From positions 1 through 14,809 of the forward strand of contig JBGGMM010000125.1 of NCBI GenBank assembly GCA_041288045.1: a DNA stretch of 14,809 nt, read 5' to 3'. How positions within the stretch are numbered: the stretch's first letter is position 1; every line of letters begins with the position of its first letter. This DNA comes from Pseudobdellovibrionaceae bacterium. Its GTDB lineage: Bacteria > Bdellovibrionota > Bdellovibrionia > Bdellovibrionales > Bdellovibrionaceae. The notes beneath the pieces were generated by a model, which worked only from the letters and a program-made list of their open reading frames with translations, ran no database searches and was not told where the DNA came from. Positions 6,854 through 14,585 of this stretch are shown here, in pieces. The translations under genes were made by a program, and so were the position numbers.

Positions 6854-8473
6854 ATGCGATCGTTCGTCTTTCGCCTGTTGGTTCTGTCCTGGTCCTTGGG
6901 TTTTGGGGCTTTTGCTCACGCCCTTCAGGTGCAGGAAAAAACAGTTCAAGAGCTAGAGCAGCTCCTGAGGCAAAATCAAATTCAGATATCTTCTTCGTCG
7001 GAAACCGAGAAAGAGGCACTCTTTCGGGCCCGGAGCACGGCCCATCGCTTGCGTCTGGCGCAAATCTATCTGAACCTTTCCAAGGATCCAGAATTTCTCA
7101 AGCAATTTCCCCAGTACAAGAGCTTGGTGCAAGATTCAACGGCCACGGTGAATGGAATTCTTGAGCATGACGTCGCTAAGGGCCTTGAAAAAACGAAGTC
7201 TGCCATTCAGGTTCTTTCAAAGCTGCAGGGTTATGATCAGTATACGGTGCCACCAGGAACTTCCAAAGAAGCTCATGGGCGAATCAAGACCATTTTAAAG
7301 GCAGCTGTTTCTGATATCAATTCCGTGGATGATGAGGCCATGGAGAAAAAATACAAAGCTCTGGGAAAAAGTGAGGCTTGGATTCGAAACCATCGCAATC
7401 TTACTGAGGTCCTGGATTACTATGACACATACAAATCTCGACAAAGCGAATTGGCTCAAAACACGCGGAAATTAGAATCCCCCAGTCAGTGGCTGGAGCA
7501 TCTCGAAGACAAGACACCAGAAAAAATCAAACTCGCAAAGTTTCTTGAAAATAAAGATCCTTTGAAGGACAAACATCTCTTTGCGAAAGCCGAAGATTTT
7601 CTTGAATCCAAGAAGGCAACTTCCGAAGGGATCGAAGAAAAGTTTCAAGGAAAAAGTCGAGAGATCTTATGGTCAGCCAAAGGGAAAAGTATCGGCCGCC
7701 TGACTGTTGGAGCGACTCGAAGGCTGAAAGGTGGAGCCCTGGGTTCGGCTGCTTCTTTGGGACTTGCGGCTCTCTTGACCCCGGAAGATGTCTCGGGGGA
7801 GGAGGCGATTCAGGGGCTAGCGATTGCTTTGGAAACGGCATCCTGTGACACTCACGGTTGCCAAGCCTTTATGCAAAGCTGTGCTCGAAAGATGGGTCTT
7901 ACTGAGCCCTTTCGACTGGAGCAAATTGCAAAAAGTCCGAAAAAGGAAATCTGTTTGAAGGAATTTTTTGATTTGCCTTTAGAGCAACAGACAGAGCTTC
8001 GGCGAGACGGCAATCTCAACCGCTTTTTTTTGCAGCACGCCCCCCGAGTTGTGGATATCAAATGTGACAAAAATCCGAGCTCAGTCGAAGTTGAAACCGA
8101 TCAAAATAAAGAACGCTACACTCAGCTTTTTTATTTTTCGCCCAAAGGGGAATTGCAAAGGCTCACACGAAAAACCGAAAGCTCCTTGGACAGTTTTAAT
8201 TTTGGAGAATCTGCTTTGTTGCAACACTGTCCACCCCAAGGTGGAAACTGCAAAAATCTTCCCTTAAATGGCACCAGCAGCCTGCCATTGCAGTGGGCCT
8301 TTCGCCAGATACCTTTGGATTCTTACCGCTGGTTGCAAAGGCATCAAAAAATGGCCGAAGCGCAATCAGATCAGATTCTCAGTTGCTGTCAAAGACAGAG
8401 CTGCCAAAGCTATTTTCAAAAATTAAGCGATGACCGAGCGCCGAAGTCGAAGGAAATTCAATCGGCTCGTTAG
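6854..8473 (+). CDS. Secreted hypothetical protein (539 aa): helical N-half, Gly/Ala hydrophobic segment, Cys-rich C-half
   Basis: Long ORF. ATG 6854 follows a G-rich RBS. Signal peptide MRSFVFRLLVLSWSLGFGAFAHA. No recognised family. Confidence 0.75.
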   Translation: MRSFVFRLLVLSWSLGFGAFAHALQVQEKTVQELEQLLRQNQIQISSSSETEKEALFRARSTAHRLRLAQIYLNLSKDPEFLKQFPQYKSLVQDSTATVNGILEHDVAKGLEKTKSAIQVLSKLQGYDQYTVPPGTSKEAHGRIKTILKAAVSDINSVDDEAMEKKYKALGKSEAWIRNHRNLTEVLDYYDTYKSRQSELAQNTRKLESPSQWLEHLEDKTPEKIKLAKFLENKDPLKDKHLFAKAEDFLESKKATSEGIEEKFQGKSREILWSAKGKSIGRLTVGATRRLKGGALGSAASLGLAALLTPEDVSGEEAIQGLAIALETASCDTHGCQAFMQSCARKMGLTEPFRLEQIAKSPKKEICLKEFFDLPLEQQTELRRDGNLNRFFLQHAPRVVDIKCDKNPSSVEVETDQNKERYTQLFYFSPKGELQRLTRKTESSLDSFNFGESALLQHCPPQGGNCKNLPLNGTSSLPLQWAFRQIPLDSYRWLQRHQKMAEAQSDQILSCCQRQSCQSYFQKLSDDRAPKSKEIQSAR

Positions 8474-8475
8474 GA

Positions 8476-8499
8476 TGGCGCCTTCGATTGAAGGCGCCA
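8476..8499. terminator. GC-rich hairpin between convergent genes, probable bidirectional terminator
   Basis: Perfect 10-bp stem TGGCGCCTTC/GAAGGCGCCA with loop GATT. Weak U-tracts. Related in sequence to the hairpin at 10451-10482. Confidence 0.65.
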
Positions 8500-8517
8500 A
8501 TTTGATCAGCTAAAAAG

Positions 8518-10338
8518 TTATTTCAAAGTCACGCTGACAATCGCAGAGTTTCCAACTTTGCCAGAGGCATCGTAAGCCTTCACTTGCAGTTGAACTGGTT
8601 TTGGGCTTCGTTTTGGAGCCTGCCAATTGCAGCTGTACGGAGCCGACGTGTCTGTGCACTTCAGTGCGCCATTCGCATAGAACTCGACTTTTGTGACTCC
8701 GATGTCGTCACTGGCTGAAGCCTGGATAACAACAGTGGTTTTGCTTGTGACGATGGCTCCGTTCACAGGTGATGTGATGCTCGCAACTGGAGCAGACATG
8801 TCTGTTGGCGGCGGAGGCACGGCATTGACTGTGATGCTCACAGTTGCAGAGTTCGTCACTGCACCTGCGTTGTCAGTGGCTCTTGCCACCAGGCTATAGG
8901 AGCCTTCAGCAGCACTTGCCATTGTGTAGGAATAGGGAGATGTTAAATCTTCGCCTAATTTGACTGATCCGTTGAAGAATTCCACTTTAGAAATCGTCCC
9001 ATCAGAATCCGAAGCATTCGCATTGATGGCAATGCTCGAACCTGCTGAAAAGCTTGCACCTGAAGATGGAGACGTGATGCTCACACTAGGAGCTACGTTT
9101 GCAGGGGGCGGAGGAGGAGTACCTCCAGCTTGCAATGGGTGCGGATAGGTGTAAGGAGCATATCCTGCCTTGGCTGAAGCGGAATTGATAAAATCACGGC
9201 CGGCCTGAACGTGATTGCAACCATCTGTACATTGCATTCCAATCGCACTGTCATTGATTGTATTGCCCCAAGTGTAGAGAGGATATCCATAAGCAGTTGG
9301 CCCTTCACCCATGGAACCAATCTGATACTGACAGCGCCAGCCCGATTCGCCAGGCACGTTTTGATCGGCAGGGTCTGAACCGTTACAAAGTTTGACAGAT
9401 CTTGGATCGAAAGATTTGTAGTCGATCGCTCCGATTGGGAAAGCATAAGTGCCGATGATTTTATTTCCCCAGATCACGCCTGTTCCGGCAGAGACGTCCA
9501 CGGCTTTCCATTTGTTCGTGGCACCACCGTCAAAAGTGTTGTTGTAGATTTCATAGGCATTGGCGCTGACAAGTCCACTGCGGGCTTTATCATGGGTTTC
9601 CCACATGCCGTGTTTGACCATGTTGTTTCGGAAAACCTGACGACCGCCAGAGTCCATGTCCATCACAGGGACTCCAGTTGATCCGTAAAAGTCATTGTAT
9701 TGAAAGTCGTTGTCTTCAACGAAGAAGAAATCAGCTGTTCCAAGAACCAATGGCGCTGCCCAGTCGGCGGCTCCTGCTCCATAAAGCATAATTCCAAAGC
9801 CTTGGCCTTTGAATGTGTTGTGGTCAATGAGACCATGAGTTCCCGAATCACCTTTGATCGTCCAAGTGATGTTGTTATCAAAAACGTTATGGTGAACTCG
9901 AAGGTTTTTCCAACCTGTGGATCCCCACAGCTGCATAGCAGTTCCGTTCCAGTAATTGGAATCTCCGCCATACAAATAAAATCCAGAAATATCCATCTTT
10001 CCTTTTTTTGTTCCAGCATCGACAGCAATCAATGTATGGTTCGTTCCACTGTAGTTGATACGAGTTCCGCCAGAAGCCAGGGCGCCCGCACCTTGAAGTG
10101 TGATGGTCTTGTTTGTGATGCTGAGGGCAGCGCCCCAAGAGCATGTCCCGGCTGGTACAAGGACGGTGTCGCCATCGACTGCAGAGTTCACTGCGCTTTG
10201 AACTGCTGTGAGGGCACAGCTCGCTGCGGTGATCGTCGCTGCTTCAGCCGCTTGTGTTTGTAAAAACAAACCGGCGCCGAGGACAAGTCCCGTTCGCCAT
10301 AATTTGGTCATTGGATTTGATCCTTTGCTCTTTTTCAT
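8518..10338 (-). CDS. Secreted protein: putative right-handed beta-helix (pectin-lyase-like) domain + Pro linkers + two bacterial Ig-like domains
   Basis: ATG 10338 with RBS GGGGGA and a signal peptide ending AAEA. AVQSAVNSAVDGDTVLVPAGT opening, Asn-ladder repeats (HHNVF, DHNTF, EDNDF, RNNMV, YNNTF), YTYPHPL domain end, then PSVSITSP..ASDSDG.ISKVEFF Ig domains. Confidence 0.8.
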   Translation of the reverse strand: MKKSKGSNPMTKLWRTGLVLGAGLFLQTQAAEAATITAASCALTAVQSAVNSAVDGDTVLVPAGTCSWGAALSITNKTITLQGAGALASGGTRINYSGTNHTLIAVDAGTKKGKMDISGFYLYGGDSNYWNGTAMQLWGSTGWKNLRVHHNVFDNNITWTIKGDSGTHGLIDHNTFKGQGFGIMLYGAGAADWAAPLVLGTADFFFVEDNDFQYNDFYGSTGVPVMDMDSGGRQVFRNNMVKHGMWETHDKARSGLVSANAYEIYNNTFDGGATNKWKAVDVSAGTGVIWGNKIIGTYAFPIGAIDYKSFDPRSVKLCNGSDPADQNVPGESGWRCQYQIGSMGEGPTAYGYPLYTWGNTINDSAIGMQCTDGCNHVQAGRDFINSASAKAGYAPYTYPHPLQAGGTPPPPPANVAPSVSITSPSSGASFSAGSSIAINANASDSDGTISKVEFFNGSVKLGEDLTSPYSYTMASAAEGSYSLVARATDNAGAVTNSATVSITVNAVPPPPTDMSAPVASITSPVNGAIVTSKTTVVIQASASDDIGVTKVEFYANGALKCTDTSAPYSCNWQAPKRSPKPVQLQVKAYDASGKVGNSAIVSVTLK

Positions 10339-10360
10339 TTTTATCCCCCGGGATAATTTA

Positions 10361-10399
10361 TTTCTAAACGAGACAACCAACGACCAACCTGTTTAGAAA
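10361..10399 (-). promoter_or_regulatory. Conserved leader element copy 1 (TTTCTAAAC-N21-GTTTAGAAA)
   Basis: Identical to 13437-13474 except one extra base. 22 nt upstream of the start codon. Function unknown. Confidence 0.65.
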
Positions 10400-10450
10400 C
10401 GATGATTATTGAATAAGTCCTTGTTCTATTTTTTTGCTGAAATGTTGAAG

Positions 10451-10482
10451 GGGATGGCGCCCTGATCGCGAGGCGCCATCCC
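10451..10482 (-). terminator. GC-rich hairpin after the larger paralog (terminator or mRNA stabiliser)
   Basis: Perfect 11-bp stem GGGATGGCGCC/GGCGCCATCCC with a 10-nt loop, 9 nt past the stop. No strong U-tract on the minus strand. Confidence 0.6.
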
Positions 10483-10491
10483 AATAATCTT

Positions 10492-13413
10492 TTACTTCGA
10501 AGTCACTTTCACAATGGCAGAGCTTCCGCTCTTACCAGAGGCATCGTAGGCCTTCACCTGGAGTGAGTGAGTTCTTCCAGTTCGTTTCGGCACCAGCCAA
10601 TTGCAGCTGTAAGGAGCTGATGTGTCTGTGCACTTCAGTGCGCCGTTCACATAGAACTCAACTTTCGTCACTTCAATGTCATCACTTGCTGACGCTTGGA
10701 TTGCGATCGTCGTATTGACTGTAACCGTTGCTCCGTTCACAGGAGACGTGATGCTAGCAACTGGTGCTGACACGTCTGATGGTGGAGGAGGGGGCGGAGG
10801 TGTTGATCCGCTATCAGCCACGAACACAATGTCTCGGAAGTAGTTCGAACTTTCATAGCTGCTTGTTGGACGAGAGCCGATAGATCCGTAGACACCGTTA
10901 TTGCCCACAACACTTCGGAGAACTCCATTTGAGATTTGTGAAGCCATGCCTAAGTTTGTGGCGACATAGTATCCAGCACCTGTGTTCACAGAAACTGTGT
11001 ATTCCGTATTTGCCGCAATCGACAGAGGCGAAGCTAAGCTCATTTGCTGCCATCCAGAAGCTGTCTCCGCAGAGAACACCACTGAAGCTAACAGAGCACC
11101 TGATGAAGAGTAGATCTTACCAGTGTGAGTACCAGACTCAGAAGAAGCCTTGAAGAAGCGAATGCCTGTGATCTTACCAGCAGCTGTGGATGTAAATCGC
11201 ATACCGAGCTCGTAAGACACACCATCGTTCAGGTTCATCTGTGCAGGCACTTGCGATGTCAAAAGAGTTTGACTTGTACCTGATGGCGGCGGCGGAGCCA
11301 CAGCATTAACAGTGATGCTGACAGCTGCCGAGTTCGCGACTGCACCTGCATTGTCAGTGGCACGAGCGATCAGGCTGTAAGAGCCTTCAACTGCACTGGC
11401 CATTGTGAAAGAGTATGGAGCCGTGAGGTCTTCACCCAGTTTTGTCGAACCGTTGAAGAATTCTACTTTTGAGACGGATCCGTCAGAATCAGAAGCTGAA
11501 GCATTGATCGCAATGCTCATACCTGCGGAGAAACTACTTCCAGAGGATGGACTTGTGATGCTGACAGTTGGGCCGACGTTCGCTGGCGGCGGAGCCACAG
11601 CATTGACTGTGATGCTCACTGCAGCCGAGTTGGTGACTGCACCTACGTTGTCAGTGGCACGAGCGACGAGGCTGTAAGAACCTGCAGCTGCGCTGACCAT
11701 TGTGTAGGAATAGGGAGCCGTGAGGTCTTCACCTAATTTTACTGAGCCATTGAAGAATTCAACTTTTGCGACACTTCCATCGCTGTCAGAGGCATTGGCA
11801 TTGATCGCAATGCTCGCGCCGGCAGAGAAGCTGGATCCAGAAGCAGGCGAAGTGATACTCACACTTGGCGCTACGTTCGCTGGTGGAGGAGGAGTCACAG
11901 CGTTGACTGTGATATTCACTACTGCCGAGTTCGCGACTGCACCTGCATTGTCAGTGGCACGAGCGATCAGGCTATAAGAGCCTGCAGCTGCGCTGACCAT
12001 TGTGAAAGAGTAAGGAGAAGTCAAATCTTCACCCAGCTTCGTTGAGCCGCTGAAGAATTCTACTTTTGAGACGGATCCGTCAGAATCAGAAGCTGAAGCA
12101 TTGATCGCAATGTTTGAGCCTGCTGAAAAGCTTGCTCCAGATGATGGAGAAGTGATGCTCACACTTGGACCGACATTCGCTGGAGGGGGAGGAGGAAGTG
12201 ATCCACCAGCTCTCAATGGGTGAGGATAAGCGTAAGCTGCGTATCCAGGCTTCGCTGAAGCACCGTTCACAGCATCGCGGTTCCATTGAAAGAAAGTGTT
12301 GATGTCAAATCCACAGGGATTTCCCCAATCCCATCCGATACCGAAATTCACGGCGCCCGTGTTTCCCCAAAGGTACAGAGGATCAGTGAATGAACTTGTT
12401 CCATTATGATTCTGTCCGATTTGTGCTGGAACTGGATATCTCACGTTTGAGCAAGCTCCTTGAGGTCTAACGTCCTCAGCTCCACGGAATGAAAATTTGA
12501 TTTCTGTTTTGTTTCCCCAATAGCCGGTGATGTCGGTGATTTGGTTGTTGTAAATCACTCCAGTTCCACCGCGGATCCAGATCTGCCAGTTTTGATTGGC
12601 CAACTGAGTAGAGCCACCTGGATATTTAAAGTTGTTATTGTAAATCTCAAAGTGACGAACACCGATGGGAGAAGTGTCGCGACCGTGACTGTTGAAAGAA
12701 GAGTAAGTTAAAGTGTTGTAACGATAAACAACCCGTGACGCGTCATCGGCATCGATCCCTTGGTTGGTGCCGCCGTAGAAAGTGTTGTCTTCAACGTAGG
12801 TATTGAGCTTTCCGCTGGTGTCTCTTGAACCGATGGAGTCAGCTGTGCTCCAAGAACCTTCCGAGTCACCGTCATCTTTTAATTGCAAGAATGAATCATC
12901 CCATGCGCCAGTGAAAGAGTTGCCGGCGATGATCACTCCACCAGCTGTATTGGTTTCAATCAAACCTGTGCCGCTGATGTTGAAATCGTTGCCTTCAATG
13001 ACGACGGGTTGGGCATTTTTCCAAGATCCTCCAATTCGAAAACCTTTGCTGGCATTGCCGCCACCACTTTTAGTGAAGCTAAATCCGGAGACGCGAACCA
13101 CACCAGCTGATTGTTTGCTGATGCTGCTTTCGCCACCCAGATTGATGCGGGACTGACCGATACCGGCACCCTTAACGTGCACAGCTTTATTGATATTCAG
13201 ACTAGACCAAGTACAAGAACCAGCAGGCACTGAAACAATATCGTTCACAGCTGCAGAGTTGATTGCGGCTTGAACAGATGATTGTGAGCAATCCGAAGCT
13301 GAAATCGTTGCAGCCTGTGCGCTCACAGAAACCTGTAAGAGAAGTCCACTGACAACGGCTAGGCCGCTTTGCCAGAGTCTCGTTGATTTGATTTCCTCAA
13401 TAGATTTTTTCAT
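10492..13413 (-). CDS. Secreted protein: putative beta-helix domain + three tandem Ig-like domains + DUF4082 + C-terminal Ig-like domain
   Basis: ATG 13413 with RBS GGGGGA and a signal peptide ending SAQA. SVQAAINSAAVNDIVSVPAGS opening, Asn ladders, YAYPHPL. Three Ig repeats with poly-Pro linkers. YELGMRF..GKITGIRFFK..SGWQQ..NYFRDIVF matches DUF4082 (about 10815-11275). Confidence 0.85.
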   Translation of the reverse strand: MKKSIEEIKSTRLWQSGLAVVSGLLLQVSVSAQAATISASDCSQSSVQAAINSAAVNDIVSVPAGSCTWSSLNINKAVHVKGAGIGQSRINLGGESSISKQSAGVVRVSGFSFTKSGGGNASKGFRIGGSWKNAQPVVIEGNDFNISGTGLIETNTAGGVIIAGNSFTGAWDDSFLQLKDDGDSEGSWSTADSIGSRDTSGKLNTYVEDNTFYGGTNQGIDADDASRVVYRYNTLTYSSFNSHGRDTSPIGVRHFEIYNNNFKYPGGSTQLANQNWQIWIRGGTGVIYNNQITDITGYWGNKTEIKFSFRGAEDVRPQGACSNVRYPVPAQIGQNHNGTSSFTDPLYLWGNTGAVNFGIGWDWGNPCGFDINTFFQWNRDAVNGASAKPGYAAYAYPHPLRAGGSLPPPPPANVGPSVSITSPSSGASFSAGSNIAINASASDSDGSVSKVEFFSGSTKLGEDLTSPYSFTMVSAAAGSYSLIARATDNAGAVANSAVVNITVNAVTPPPPANVAPSVSITSPASGSSFSAGASIAINANASDSDGSVAKVEFFNGSVKLGEDLTAPYSYTMVSAAAGSYSLVARATDNVGAVTNSAAVSITVNAVAPPPANVGPTVSITSPSSGSSFSAGMSIAINASASDSDGSVSKVEFFNGSTKLGEDLTAPYSFTMASAVEGSYSLIARATDNAGAVANSAAVSITVNAVAPPPPSGTSQTLLTSQVPAQMNLNDGVSYELGMRFTSTAAGKITGIRFFKASSESGTHTGKIYSSSGALLASVVFSAETASGWQQMSLASPLSIAANTEYTVSVNTGAGYYVATNLGMASQISNGVLRSVVGNNGVYGSIGSRPTSSYESSNYFRDIVFVADSGSTPPPPPPPSDVSAPVASITSPVNGATVTVNTTIAIQASASDDIEVTKVEFYVNGALKCTDTSAPYSCNWLVPKRTGRTHSLQVKAYDASGKSGSSAIVKVTSK
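11296..12180 (-). repeat. Three tandem ~300-bp intragenic repeats encoding Ig-like domains (a fourth copy at about 8818-9102)
   Basis: Units start (ANV) at 12180, 11880 and 11583. Identical blocks: 11454-11515 = 12051-12112 (62 nt) and 11325-11376 = 11922-11973 (52 nt). Confidence 0.9.
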
Positions 13414-13436
13414 GTTCAGTCCCCCAGACCGATGTG

Positions 13437-13474
13437 TTTCTAAACGAGACAACCAACGACCAACTGTTTAGAAA
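13437..13474 (-). promoter_or_regulatory. Conserved leader element copy 2 (TTTCTAAAC-N20-GTTTAGAAA)
   Basis: Matches 10361-10399. 23 nt upstream of the start codon. Function unknown. Confidence 0.65.
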
Positions 13475-13684
13475 AAAAGTTAATGTGATTTATTTACCAG
13501 ATCCATTTTTGACTAAAAGGGGTGGGACTTCCATAGCTTAAACTGAGATTCCGTTTAACAACTGTTTAGTAAAAACTAAGTTATTGTTATTGTTGAATGA
13601 ATTTTCATGTCCTCAATTGAGGCGTTAAATCGAAATAACTCATATTAGAGCATTTCAAATGAGGAACGTTTCTGAATGAGTCGA

Positions 13685-14083
13685 TTAACTTTTAGCTTTG
13701 GATTGATTGAGGATCACAGCAGAACGAATAAGAGCCTTCAGTGCTTTCGCATTGATCTTGTCGCCCTCGCGGAAATCGATGGCTCGTCTGGTGTTGCCTT
13801 CAAGGCTAGAGTTGAAAAGTTTCGAAGGGTCTTTCAAGGAGGCCCCTTTTGCAAACGTCATTTTCACCGCACTCGCGTAAGTCTCGCCTGTGCAGATGAT
13901 TCCATTGTGGGACCACACGGGAACGCCTCTCCATTTCAGCTCTTCGATAACTTCGGGGTCGGTTTCTTTAACAAGAGTTCGGATTTGGCTGAGCATTTTC
14001 CCTCGCCAGTCGGAAAGCTCTTTGATTTTCGCATCGATCAGCTGTGACGGAGATTTGCTTTTCTGTGGCTTGGCCCTTTTCAT
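13685..14083 (-). CDS. DUF1801 (YdhG-like) domain protein
   Basis: SPSQLIDAKIKELSDWRGKML, EELKWRGVPVWSHNGIICTGETY and FNSSLEGNTRRAIDF are characteristic. RBS AAAGGAG. Confidence 0.9.
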   Translation of the reverse strand: MKRAKPQKSKSPSQLIDAKIKELSDWRGKMLSQIRTLVKETDPEVIEELKWRGVPVWSHNGIICTGETYASAVKMTFAKGASLKDPSKLFNSSLEGNTRRAIDFREGDKINAKALKALIRSAVILNQSKAKS

Positions 14084-14108
14084 GGGATTTCTCCTTTATT
14101 TTTGCCAT

Positions 14109-14585
14109 TCAATTCTTAATACGTTCCAGCTCGTAAAAGCAAGTCAGAGTTCCTCCGCTGTAGCTTCCGTCGGGGTCTCGGTAAAGGGAATTGGCTCCTG
14201 CAAAGAAATTCCCCGGGACTCTCCACAGAGTCAAGACTGAGGAGCGTTTATCATTTTCGATTTCTTGATAGCAATCCACTGAGCCATACTCTGGCATATC
14301 TGTTGTCAGTTTGGCTTCCACATTTTGGATGGGGGATTGTGGGCTGCCTTCTCGGACTTGAAAACGAATCTGAACTTGATCTTGGATTGGGGTTCCTGTG
14401 ATCGAAATCAGCTCTGAGAAATTCACCGTATTGTCACAGCGAATAACTTTTTTAATTTTGAAATGGCCAGTAAAATCATCAATCGGACAAGAGGCAGTTG
14501 CCTGTTGTGATATGAAAAGAAGGGCCAGCAAAAATGCTGCAGCGTTTTCTGAACGCCACCGCGAACAGAATTTTTGCATGATCAT
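14109..14585 (-). CDS. Small secreted hypothetical protein (about 158 aa, Cys-containing)
   Basis: Start moved to ATG 14585 (ATGA overlap with the DUF302 stop) or 14579. Hydrophobic signal AAAFLLALLFISQQATA. Four Cys in the mature part. Confidence 0.6.
   Translation of the reverse strand: MIMQKFCSRWRSENAAAFLLALLFISQQATASCPIDDFTGHFKIKKVIRCDNTVNFSELISITGTPIQDQVQIRFQVREGSPQSPIQNVEAKLTTDMPEYGSVDCYQEIENDKRSSVLTLWRVPGNFFAGANSLYRDPDGSYSGGTLTCFYELERIKN

Noticed and set aside
10361..13474. 38/39-nt repeat as a CRISPR repeat (right length, GTTT/GAAAC-like ends)
   Set aside because: Only two copies, 3 kb apart and separated by a whole gene. No spacers and no cas genes.
10361..13474. Same element as an integron attC or invertible switch
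   Set aside because: Shorter than attC sites, GTTTAGA does not fit GTTRRRY, both copies have the same orientation at a fixed distance from the start codon, and no recombinase is in the window.
13476..13684. c-di-GMP or other known riboswitch upstream of the large secreted protein
   Set aside because: No GGCAAAC/GAAA-tetraloop/GCAAA pattern or other aptamer core recognised. An Rfam cmscan would settle it.
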